Below are positions 1-11,582 of a DNA stretch of 64,000 nt, in pieces. The stretch is from the NCBI GenBank assembly GCA_036785375.1, contig JAWMAR010000201.1, positions 992,001 through 1,056,000 of the forward strand. The letters are read 5' to 3'. The notes under the pieces were generated by a model that was not told the DNA's origin, did no database searches, and saw nothing but the letters and a program-made list of their open reading frames with translations. Numbering within the stretch: position 1 is the first letter of the stretch; every line of letters begins with the position of its first letter. A program made the translations under genes and the position numbers. This DNA is from Leucoraja ocellata (taxonomy: Eukaryota).

Positions 1-479
1 TTCTTAAGTTGTGTAATATTGAGTTCCTAGTTTTGAGGTGTGCAAATATATCAGACATTTCCTCCATCGAAGCTGCTTTGAGTCTGACATGTTCGATTTG
101 TTTCATTAGTTTTGTTTTAATTGTTCTCAGCCGCAGAAATTGTTTGACGTATTTACTGGTCTGGTGTGGTACATTAATTTGGGTTTGCTTTAGACTTTTG
201 TTAATCAGTTATAGTGTCATAATGTAATGTAACGGGCATTCCCGTCCATTCTTTATGCCGATATCACATCACCGCCTACGTTATCTCAATTTTCAAGCAT
301 TTGGTCTGTCGCCTTTGTTCCTGAATAATCGGCCTCAACACTTTTTACCGGTGGTCACAGAACTCCGATAATGTCACTGCAAGATAAGTTATTTTAGAGG
401 AGCATCAATCCGTTCCTCAACGTTTCCCCGACAGTGATATATGGCTAACATTTCAATCAGAAGGGAGTTAAGGCAGAAC

Positions 480-1390
480 TCATTTGTGTTGTTTATTAAT
501 TATTTGAACAATGGAAACGATCGGATTTCTCACTGCATTCTTGAGCTGATCCCTAAATCTGGATTGTGTCACCCCATACACGAATGTATTCGTGCAGCAA
601 TTTAAATTCAGAAGCAACGTTCCAGCTTGACGGTATATATATTCTGATGTATTATAATTACTGCGATCTTTACCAGTAATGTTGTAATAAATGAAATAAA
701 GAACATATACCATCCACAACAGTATGAAGTTGCCAGACAGAGCGAAGAGCAAAATTATTGATCTTTTTCTGCTCTCCATCTCAGGGTCATTGCGATTCTC
801 TGTGTTAGTTTGACCCCTCAGCATTTTACGGACGCGGCTGGACACTAAAACGTGTCTGACTGTCAGAGCGTTGAACAACAAGATTAAAGCGAATGGAAGC
901 AAAGGCGTTAAAACCGTGTCAAACCAGTCAAAGCCCACCCACCCCGGCTCATAATAATAGCTTGGCTTGTTGGAACAGCCCCACGGTATATTGTCGATTA
1001 TTGCCCAAGGCTTCAGTGTAAAGTACCAGGGAATGCTTTTTGCAAAGAGCAGGAAGCCCAATGTTCCCAGAACTATAGCTGCCGTGTACTCGGTGCAATA
1101 TTTAAATTTTAGTTTCTGACAACAGATGGCGACAAATCGATCAAAGGTGAAGGCGACGGTGAACCAAACAGAAGAATTGGTGCTTGCGCGACTCAGGACA
1201 AGGATGATGCTGCACACTGGGGTAATGTCCAGAAAACTCCCTGGAAAATAATAATAACTGATCCTCCAGAGAAAGACTTCAGTGATTATAGTCAATAGAT
1301 CCGCTGCAGCCATGGCTACCAGATAGCGCGTGGTGCACGGCGAAAGGCCGCATTCACTTCGGGACAGGATCACAATTGCCACTAAATTCA
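480..1390 (-). CDS. Exon 2 of GPCR paralog A (end of TM1 to stop)
   Basis: Track ORF 480..1511 trimmed to the AG acceptor at 1391-1392. Confidence 0.9.
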
Positions 1391-4300
1391 CTATAAAATA
1401 AATAAAATGCAACAAGTTAAAATATATAGATATTAACTGAGCAAATATCATCGTATCCAACCCCATGCGGTATAGAATGGGTTTATATGGAAAATGATTA
1501 GTGGTCAACAATCTAAAATCAAACTCAAATGAGTGTTAAAGGATGCTATATGAATATGGGTGAAGAACGAATTGAGACCTTCTTCCAGGCGATTGGGAAA
1601 ATAACATAATGCATGATACACATTATTAGCTCTCCAGTTATCGAGAATAGATGGCTGACTTGGAATGGAATATCATGGAGGATGNNNNNNNNNNNNNNNN
1701 NNNNNNNNNNNNNNNNNNNNNNNNNNNNNNNNNNNNNNNNNNNNNNNNNNNNNNNNNNNNNNNNNNNNNNNNNNNNNNNNNNNNNNNNNNNNNNNNNNNN
1801 NNNNNNNNNNNNNNNNNNNNNNNNNNNNNNNNNNNGCTCTTCACTTCTGAAGAGAACATGTGAAATGTGAGGCTAACTTGGAATAGAATGTTAGTCCAAT
1901 AGCTAAGTGTGAATATTGTATTTGACTTCAATGAGGCTGACGAACCTTGGAGTAAGCCCACGGACGGAGAGTTGTTCATAAAATTGTTGTGGAGAAATAT
2001 AAAACCGACGTAACGGCACTAACGCAAAGTATATAGAAATGAATTGGAACAATGTTGAAGAAAAAATACACGAAAAGAAAAGATTTAATTTAGTACATGA
2101 TGACGAGTGAGGTTCTGGAGGATTGAGTGAAATTAGGATGTATCAGATACAGCATAGTAGCTTCTTATCGAGTCCACATCACAAGATTAGAAATTGTGCA
2201 GCCAGAGCTGAATACACTTCTCGGCATCTCCATACAATAGCGTCTTGCGCTTCTTGTGCGTGGTGGTGGAAGATTGGTGGAAACAAGGCGACGTGAACGC
2301 TCTTGTCTTGACCCCAGCATAGTAGCTAAGCTGCATGGAAAGCGAGGTTGAAGTGAAATATTGAATAAGCACGAGCAATGCACGCGGGGAGGATAAACGG
2401 GGTATGTAAAGAGCAAGTCGACAAAGTGCATCAGGTTTGAGGGAGAACTTTGATGACATGAGACATACAGTTCCATATGAGCATTACTTCAGGACCACGA
2501 AAGAGAAAGCTGAATGTAAGTTGAATGGTGAATTTGAATAATGGACTGGAGGTAGCCATGGGTGGGGTTAGCATCGTCCAAATAATGAAGTTAAATTATC
2601 ATCTTGTTAGAACTAGAATTAATGGAGTGGTGCGACAAAGTTGATATTTACCATAATGCGTGCAGTATGGTAATAAGAATGTAAATTAGCATAAGGACTA
2701 TGATAATAATGCAGGTCAGGGCTCAAATCTAAAATTGAAGGGCATCATTGTGTGGTATTGTGATAATGCCCCAAGTGCATAGAAACATAGAAAATAGGTG
2801 CAAGAGGAGGCCATTCGGCCCTTCGAGCCAGCACCGCCATTCATTGTGATCATGGCTGATCGTCCCCAATCAATAACCCGTGCCTACCTTCTCCCCATAC
2901 CCCTTGATTGCACTAGCCCCTAGAGCTCTTTCTAACTCTCTCTTAAATCCATGCAGTGATTTGGCCTCCACTGCCCTCTGTGCTGGAATCTGACCCGGCA
3001 GTTGAACTTCTGTATTGTTCGAAACAGCGTAATGAGAGTTATCTGCCGTGTCATATTTCAATCTTCACGATACAACATCGAAAGCGACATGATCATACAA
3101 TCGACAAACGAGATAGCAGATGCTGGAATATCGAGTAAAACCATGCTGCTGGAGGAACGTAGTAGCATCCGGAGATGCAAAGGGATTGCCGGTCGTTCGG
3201 TTGGCATCAGAGCTGCCAATCTATAGAGAAGATGGTACAGCGTGGTGAGAGGGATGGCTGAGACAGGGGCTGGTGAAGTAGGTGAGATGCGAAATTATGG
3301 ACAGACATATCCACATGGGGTGTGGAGGGTGTTATGGAGAGCGAGGCTGTTGGATGGTATGTGAAAACAGTTAAGGAAAACTAGTTAAATTGACTAAATT
3401 TGAGACGTGGAAGGGAAGGTATAGTCAGGAGCGGGAAGTCAATATGTTGACCGAATGGACAGTTGGAGCAAGATGTTGGGGGATGGGGGAGAGGGGGGCT
3501 GGGGGTGAGTTTAGAGACAGAGACTGGTGGTTGACAGTTCAAAACACTTAAGGCAAGATAATCGGGCATGTCTACTCGCGTCGGAGAAGCAAACGATGGG
3601 ACTAGGGGCAGACAATGGAACAGGATGTGTAGCCAGCTGAGAGACGTATGATGGGAAGGTATGTTCCCATGATGAAAAATAACGAGAGCAGGGATCGCGG
3701 TTTGCTAAAACACAGAGAACGTGAGCCGAGAGGACTGGGAACGCAACATATCCAACCGTCCATCCACCATGCCCAGCGTTCCATATACCCCATCATTCCA
3801 GATATGCATGTCGTATTTTCAGCATTTGTTTATATTGCACATTCTCCTGTGGCTGATTCATGGCTGATCATCCCCAATCAGTGTCCCGTTCCTGCCTTCT
3901 CCCATATTCCCTGAGTCTGCTATTTTTAAGAGTCCTATCTAGCTCTCTCTTGAAAGCATCCAGAGAACCCGCCTCCACCGCCCTCCGAGGCAGAGAATTC
4001 CACAGACTCACCACTCTCTGTGAGAAAAAGTGTTTCCTCGTCTCCGTTCTAAATGGCTTACTCCTTATTCTTAAACTGTGGCCCCTGGTTCTGGACTCCC
4101 CAACATCTGGAACATGTTTCTTGCCTCTAGCGTGTCCAAACCTTTAACAATCTTATATGTTTCAATGAGATTCACTCTCATCCTTCTAAACGCCAGAGTG
4201 TACAAGGCCAGCTGCTCCATTCTCTCAGCATCTCTCACCATCCCGGGAATTAACCTTGTAAACCTACGCTGCACTCCCTCAATATTCCCCAGGGCAATAT

Positions 4301-4958
4301 TTTCATGGACATTACTTTTAATTCCACCCACCGTTTCCTCTGTTTTCTGTAGATTAAAACGTGTTCAATAAACGTAGAACAATGAATTATATTTCTCTCT
4401 GCTTAGATAATTTCTCTCTGCGCATTGATGATTTCCGTTTGTTTTTAATTTTCAAATTTCCAACTACGAATGCATCTGAATTTTAGATTGTTCCCCATGA
4501 CACACAGCACGGGTATCACGCATTCCAGTTGGCTGGAATTCGCGAATATTCAGATATACACATATTCTTTAATAACAGATAACAGGACCTCGTGTAACTG
4601 ATCGGTACAATACCGCAGTGACAAACACTGCCAGTTCGCGGTCTGTTTCAAGCATTCATGTTTTTTCACAAACGGAACCAAGTTCATCGAGAATTCACGA
4701 AGCCTGCCAGCTACCTTCAATGTTTATTATTTCGCAGTAACAGCACAGCGAGTACAAGAGTTAATTTTGGATATTCAATTTGAAACAATCAAATCCTTTA
4801 TGTCTCTCGGTCTAAATAGATCACCATTACGTTTTTTTGTTGTCACGGAGATAAAAAAAGATCATATGAATCCCAAATTATAATCACTTACCAGGAACAC
4901 CAATAATGGCAAGCATCAAGTAATATATTTTCTTGACACCATTGAATATTTCGAGCAT
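480..4958 (-). CDS. GPR139/GPR142-like orphan class A GPCR, paralog A (2 exons: 4892-4958, 480-1390; 325 aa)
   Basis: Exon 1 ATG at 4958 reads MLEIFNGVKKIYYLMLAIIGVP, then a phase-1 GTAAGT donor. The acceptor tttatAG at 1392-1391 continues VNLVAIVILSR... 67+911=978 nt, open frame. Seven hydrophobic segments; motifs AAADL, DRFVAIC, NCCTNTFVY. Confidence 0.9.
1685..1835. other. Assembly gap
   Basis: Run of N. Confidence 1.
2777..2982 (-). mobile_element. CR1 LINE 3' end fragment
   Basis: Encodes ...VEAKSLHGFKRELERALGASAIKGYGEKVGTGY* with a (TTTCTATG)n tail; matches 35700-36034. Confidence 0.8.
3855..4280 (-). mobile_element. CR1 LINE 3' fragment
   Basis: IEGVQRRFTRLIPGM...NLIETYKIVKGLD, the CR1 ORF2 C-terminus. 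Confidence 0.8.
4892..4958 (-). CDS. Exon 1 of GPCR paralog A
   Basis: 67-nt ATG exon ending G|GTAAGTGA; homologous to 15918-15984. Confidence 0.85.
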
Positions 4959-5043
4959 GATCTGCTTAAAATTATGTGTTCCTTGATGGTGAAGGCGGTG
5001 TTTCTGGGCGAAAGTCCTCCCTGACGCAAGGTTAGAACAATTA

Positions 5044-5200
5044 TTTTATAGCCCGCAGGATCTCCATTGGGTATTACAGCACCTTTCAAAATCTATTTAT
5101 AGATTTTTAGCAAACCGATTACGACAGCAGATGATATGATTAAAATACATAGTTCTGAGACAGTTGGAAGCCCCAAAGTTGCATAACTCTGATCACATTA
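5044..5200 (-). promoter_or_regulatory. Proximal promoter of GPCR A: TATAAAA (5050-5044) plus blocks shared with paralog B
   Basis: TATAAAA ~90 nt upstream of the ATG; CTCCATTGGGTATTACAGCACC (5062-5083) and AACTCTGATCACATTA (5185-5200) recur upstream of paralog B. Confidence 0.6.
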
Positions 5201-6764
5201 TTTACTGAAAAATAAAAGCAGCATAAATTTCGTGAAAAATTATTTACTGAAATCTAAGTAGCATTAGTTTCCGCACCATCTTGATTCTATACACTTCGAT
5301 GCGCTTGTGCCTGTATGTGATTGAATTTCAGATAGACATGTTTTCATCCATGTTATGCGCTATATTATAGAAAGCGGCTCTACTCATTGATTGACTTTAT
5401 TGGTTGACTGCAATTACAAATAAAAATAAAAGGTGGGCAATTTACATATCGGGGATTAGAGATTTGATTATAAAATATGTTATGTGTTACAAATAGATAG
5501 AGACAATCGAAATGATGGAGTTTCTTAAGAACGGAGTAAAACATAAGAAAGCATTGCCACTGAAACAAATTCTTATCTTCCAAACTGGTAAACCAATGCA
5601 GGTCAGCTACCTCAAACAATATCCGTAAACGAGTGCGTCGGTGTATAGCCTCTATTATTGGCGGCCAAAGCACAACGTTCTACCAAAGTCTTCCTTCTGA
5701 GCTTTCGATTCCCATTATCTTATAATTCTCCTAGTTTTCTACCCTTGTCAGCCTACCCAAAGCCACCTCTTCTTACCTACCATAGGGAGCCTATTGGGGG
5801 ATTTTCCGAGGATGTTGAAGTCTTCGCCCTGCCGTGAGGCCTATCTTGGTTCATCAATTTGCTCTCCAAAAAAGATAATGTTTTTCCCGATACAGAAGCA
5901 AAAAAAAAAAAAGACGATTGTCGTTTTGGTTTTATCTTAATGTTCTTGGCGTAAATATTACAAACGATCTGTCCTGGACCAACCTCGTTGAGCCGAGACT
6001 GATGAAATTCGGCGTGTCTCCAATTCTTACACTATCGCGGAAAGCAACTTCTTTTCCAGGGATTCCACCTACACTTAATTTATGTTAGTTTATTGTCACA
6101 TGTACCGAGATCGCTTGATATCCAGTCAGCAAATTACATGATTACAATTAAGCCGCCCACGGTGCTCGGGATAAAGGGAATAACGTTTAGTGGAAGATAC
6201 AATTCAGGAAAGGTCAGATTAAAGACAGTGTGAGTGTTTCCATTGAGATAGCTCAGAGCCTGCATTTGTGGTATTGAATTAAATTCTACGGTTCGTTTAA
6301 CTGAAGGGTGTAAAGGTTTTAGGGAACATGCGGAAGAGGTTCGGAAGGATGTCCGGTGGACAAGGGAGTATTAACAATAAAGGGAGATTGGAAATATACT
6401 CGAGTTATTTTCCCTGGAGCTAAGTGACGATCTGGTAGACATTTGTTAAATTATGAGAGCCGTAAAAAAGGTAGATAGGATGAACCTGGTTTGTAACTAT
6501 AGTGTCAAGCGTCATGCAGAAAGAACATTAAAATGCATCCGCTAACAGGAATCAATTCCATTTATTGAAAAGGTCAAATGGATGGTGACCATTTGCAAGC
6601 AGATGGGATTAGTTCATTGCAGCTTCAGAGTCGGCACAGATTTTGACGGCTGAGTGCTTTTGACCCGTGCTATTCTACGGTATATGTTCCGCGCAAGAGA
6701 ACAAACCGGCTGTCCACTGTTCGGCCATAACCGCGGCCTTCTTGCGCTTCAGAGACATGTCAAT

Positions 6765-6789
6765 CAAAGATCCTATAGCAGGATCTTTG
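6765..6789. mobile_element. 25-bp palindromic hAT-like mini-element with 8-bp TSD
   Basis: ATGTCAAT|CAAAGATCCTATAGCAGGATCTTTG|ATGTCAAT; 10-bp TIRs. Confidence 0.7.
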
Positions 6790-7185
6790 ATGTCAATCAA
6801 CCACAGCCACGTCACGACTCAGGGAAGTACTAACAAACATGTTTTTACAATTTCGTTCAGATCTAGTAAAAGTTGAAGAAATTCAACAACCCCTCTCTAA
6901 TAGGAAAACACTGGCAGCAAGCCACTGATCATGGTACAATTTCTCCAGAAAATAAGTTGGATTTTCCGAAACCCAAACGCAAGATTCCCGAATTTCTGAA
7001 AATTTCAAAGCAGTTCCCAACATCTTGATCTAATTACGTGACGGACCACAAAGGGATCGATTGTGTGTATTAAGTTTATGTCCGGCGTGTTTGGATCAAC
7101 CCATGTTGGGCAGGTATTAATTGAATTCACAACAGGTTTCTCAAACAAAAGTAACATGTGTTACAATAAGGTAGAGGCAGAGCTG

Positions 7186-7285
7186 AAGTCTGAAGAAGGG
7201 GTTCGGCCCGAAACGTTGCCTATTTCCTTCGCTCCATAGATGATGCTGCACCCGCTGAGTTTCTCCAGCAATTTTGTGTACCTTT
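7186..7285 (+). mobile_element. Short Penelope-associated terminal repeat (one of many copies)
   Basis: GTCTGAAGAAGGG..CCCGAAACGTTGCC..CTCCAGCA; related copies at about 10349, 21516, 26290, 39190, 46200, 47930 and 48510. Confidence 0.6.
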
Positions 7286-7599
7286 GTGTTACAATAAACG
7301 TATTTTTTCAGTAACACTCTTCCCTTTGTTCTCAACATTCTAAATGTCTGTGTGAGCCAGGGTTGTATTGGCTTTCTTTTAATCGTCTTAATTTGTATCG
7401 TCTTCCAAACGCTTGGCCACAGCCTTCCCATTTTCACACGTGCTTATCACATTTACTCCCCCGACCGGATCCATATATTCCCGTCGCATTTCAACCTATA
7501 TTTATCGTTATTAACCTTTTAAAAATGCCCATTGATGTCACAATACATTCACACGCTCGAGCACCCCACCCCAACCCACCTGGCCCAGCTAGGATCCCT

Positions 7600-8455
7600 C
7601 GCCCTCTCCATCTCTATCTTCCCTCCCCACCCCCACTCTGCCCCGCTCTCTTTAACCCCCTCGCTCTCTGCCCCTCTCCCTCTCTACCCTCTCGCCTCTC
7701 TCCATCTCTACCCCCCTCGCCTCCCTCTAACCCCCCCCCCCCTCCCTCCCCAGAAATCCAACCCGCTCGGCCCCGCTGGGACACGTTCGGCCTCTCTCTG
7801 CCTCTCTCTCTGCCTCTCTCTGCCTCTCTCTGCCTCTCTCTGCCTCTCTCTCTGCCGCTCTCTGCCTCTCTGCCTCTCTCCGTCTCTCTCTCTCTCTCTG
7901 CCTCTCTCTTTCTCCGCCCCCTCTCTCTGCACTCTCTCTCTCTGCCCTCTCTGTATTTTCCCTCTCGGTCTCCGCCCTCTCTCTATCTCTGCCCTCTCTC
8001 TGTCTCTGCCCTCTCCCTATCCCTGCCCTCTCTCTGTCTCTACCTATCTCTCTACCTCTCTCTGCCCTCTCCGCCTCACCCTCTGCCTCTTTGCCTTCTC
8101 TCCGCCTCGCTGCCTCTGCTCCTCTTTCTGTCCTCTCTCTGCCCCCCCCCCCCCACCTCTCTCTCTGCTTTCACTGTCTGTCTCTCTGCCCTCTCTACCG
8201 CTCTCTTTGCGCTCTGCCTCTCTACCTCTGCCTCTGCTCTCTCTGCTCTCTCTCTCCATCTGCCCTCTCTGCCTCTCTCTCAGCCTCTCTCTGTCTCTCT
8301 CTCTCTGCCTCTCTCTCTCTGCCTCTCTCTGCATCTCTCTGCCTCGCTATGCCTCTGCCCCTCTCTCCATCTGCCCTCTCCGCCTCCACTCTCTCTGCCC
8401 TCTCTGCCTCTCTCTCTGCCCTCTCTGCTTCTCTCCCTTCCTCTGTCAGCCTCTA
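7600..8455. repeat. CT-rich low-complexity / (CTCTCTG)n microsatellite
   Basis: Direct inspection; explains the spurious Leu/Ser/Pro and Glu/Arg ORFs. Confidence 0.9.
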
Positions 8456-9614
8456 TGTAATGACTACAAGCGCAAATCAAGCGTGAATAATATGCTGACC
8501 TCTCTGATGGGAAATCCTAGAACTCCGCAGACTCAGGCTACGACTTTTTGCAATTTACAAGGAAATTTACAAAAACACGCCATCAAATCTCCCGTCATCC
8601 CAGAGCACCAACTACCATGAAACAAGACAAAACAACGGTCCATACATCATCAACTCGCTAAATTTCAATAGACTTTGGTACCAATATTCCCTTTACCCAA
8701 GGGAATGCCCCCTCTTCCTCTCTCAGCCTCTTTGCCCTCTCTCTGCCCCTCTGGCTCTGTCCCTTTCTGTATTCATTTCAGGAAATGACTTCGTTTGTTT
8801 ACACCATATAGCTCTAAAGCCTTTATGTCTAATGGTACAAATTAGTCTGAAGTACTTTCTGGGACAGCGGTGTTGTTTTAACTTCCCTTTCCTTGATAGC
8901 TTGTGATGACGTGTTGTTCGGATAGTAGTTCTGTGTTTGCTCTTTATTTGATGGTTATCTCCAACCGTACGAATTGGTGGACACTGCAGCCGCGGTGTTG
9001 TGGATCTTTATAGTTACAGATATTGAAGTTAATTAATCTATTTACTATATATAACTGAATTATGAAAATCATGTTCACTATAATCGTTTATGTTATTAGT
9101 AACGTAGCGTGCATCATGGGTCTTTGGTGCTGCATTAATTGATTTACTTCATAGATCTAACATGCTGTAACTTATTAAAGTATTTTATTTGGTTGAGATG
9201 TTGACCTGGTAAGGGATCCGTTACGTTTGGGGGGTTTATGTTAATAATTAAGAAGCGTTGTATGGTTTACAGATGCATTGTCCACCCGAGATGCTGATTT
9301 ATGGTGACGTCAAGAGATCTTTCAGGTGTTACTCTATTTAAGTTCCGTTAGGTGCCTGACAGTGCCTTATGGTTCTGAAATTCGTGTTTATGTAGATGCA
9401 TTAGTGTAGATTCGCTACTGTGTTATTTTGAATGATTCTTTGGATCTAATATCCGTGTCACATATCCGTTTATTTGATGTGATCTCAAATGCAGAATTAC
9501 TTTCTAAATCTATTTGGTGTGCTGAGTGATATTGGGGTGCATATTTTTTTTTGTTACAATCCTATTGTAAATCTTTTATGTGTCTAAAGTTTAAATATCT
9601 TTCCTTCTGTCGGG

Positions 9615-10113
9615 AACATAGAAACAAAGAAAATAGGTGCAGGGGGGAGGCCATTCGGCCCCTCGAGCCAGCACTGTCGTTCATTGTGATCATGGCTGAT
9701 CGTCCCCAATCAATAACCCGTGCCTGCCTTCTCCCCATATCCCTTTATTCCACTAGCCCCTAGAGCTCTATCTAACTCTCTCTTAAATCCATCCAGCGAT
9801 TTGGCCTCCACTGCCCTCTGTGGCAGGGAATTCCACAAATCCACAACTCTCTGGGTGAAAACGTTTTTTCTCACCTCAGTCTTAAATGGCCTCCCCTTTA
9901 TTCTACGACTGTGGCCCCTAGTTCTGGACTCGCCCAACATTGGGAACATTTTTCCTGCATCTAGCTTGTCCAGTCCTTTTATAATTTTAATATGTTTTTA
10001 TAAGGTCCCCCTCATCCTTTAAACTCCAGTGAATACAAGCCTAGCTTTTTCAATCTTTCCTCATATGACAGTCCCGCCATCCCAGGGATCAATCTCGTGA
10101 ACCTACGCTGCAC
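9615..10113 (-). mobile_element. CR1 LINE 3' fragment
   Basis: MFPMLGESRTRGHS...FTQRVVDLWNSLPQRAVEA; same 3' UTR as the other copies. Confidence 0.85.
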
Positions 10114-10680
10114 CGATGTTGTAATTCTTACTTCTTCCTTGCTTCCGCATTTATTCTAAACTTGTGATGTGCAACCTTAATTTGAGATACTTATTTTCTC
10201 TATCTTGATGTACATAAAAACATATGACCAGCCGGTTATTTTCTCATTTGACACGGCACTTGCTGTTAGTGTATGATGGGGTTTTGACAAGTTGTACTGA
10301 TAATTAATTCTTGGTTAACTTGCGATGCAGCGATATTTCCAGTCGATTGACACAAAATGCTGGAGTAATTCAGCGGGAGAGGCAGCATCTCTGGACAGAA
10401 GGAATGGGCGACGTTTCTGGTCGAGACTCTTCTTCAGACTGATATCCGTGTCGATATGCGTTTGAGTTGTTGCTTACAGGGATGAGTGCTAGTCTTATCT
10501 GAGGTGGTGGGCATTTGGGGAGAGTTTTACGTATGTGCGGTATTCAGTTGCCCAATGTCTTTTCAGAACCCTGGACTATATTTGAGGCAGTTTGTGGAAC
10601 GAAAGTGTAATATCCACCGCAATATTTTACAATGAGACAGATACCCGTGTCGGAGCGCAGTTGTTTATGTATTTCATTTT

Positions 10681-11582
10681 TTATTTTTTTATCAATTGAA
10701 AAACAGAAGTCACAGGATATTTCGCCATATCCTTGAGCTGCTCCCTGAATTTGGACTGAGTCACAGCATATATAAATGTGTTTGTGCAGCAATTTAAATT
10801 CTGTAGCATAGTTCCCGCTTGGTTAAATATAAGTTCGGAATTTGTGTAGTTATTTGGATCAATTCCTGCAATAGTGTAATACAGAAATTCTAGAACATCC
10901 ACCATCCACATAAGAATGAAGCTCCCAGATAAGGTGAAGAGCAAAATCACAGACCTCCTTCTGCTCTCCATCTCGGGGTCACATCGATTTTCTCCCTTGC
11001 TGTCGCCCCTCAGAGCCTTACGGACTCGGCTGGCCACTAAAATATGTCTCACTGTCAAAGCATTTAGCGATAGGATTAAACCAAACGGAAGCAAAGGGAT
11101 CAAAATGGTGTCAAACCAATCAAATCCCATCCATGCAGGGTTAGTGTAATAGCTTGGCTTATCAGAACAGCCCCACGGGACATTGTCGAGTGTCACCGAA
11201 GATTCAAGTGTGAAATAAAAGGGAATGTTTTTACAACTGAGCAAAAAGGCAGTTGTTGCCAGAATCGCAGCCGCAACTCTCCCGGTACAATATTTTGTTT
11301 TCAGTTTCTGGCAACAAATGGCGAGAAACCGATCAAAAGTAAAAGTGACGGTGAACCAAACCGAACAGTCCCTGGCTTGACGAACCAAGACATAGACAAC
11401 ACTGCACACAGGGGTGATGGAAAGGAAATTCATTGGAAAATAATACATGTTGACCCGATAGAGGATGACTTCTGTAATTATGGTCAGTAGATCCGCCGCT
11501 GCCATGGCCACCAAATAACGAGTAGTGCAGGTGGAAAGGCCGCACTTTCCGCGGGATAGGATCACAATCGCCACTAAATTGA
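10681..11582 (-). CDS. Exon 2 of GPCR paralog B
   Basis: Track ORF 10681..11574 extended to the acceptor. Confidence 0.9.

Noticed and set aside
1391-1511. N-terminal extension MLTTNHF... of the 343-aa ORF
   Set aside because: Intronic read-through; the true exon 1 is 4892-4958, supported by the paralog.
7363-8620. 360-aa Leu/Ser/Pro ORFs
   Set aside because: Translations of a CT microsatellite.
8760-9600. AT-rich stretch with faint coding texture (also 1840-2770)
   Set aside because: Probably very old L1-like ORF2 debris; no convincing motif.
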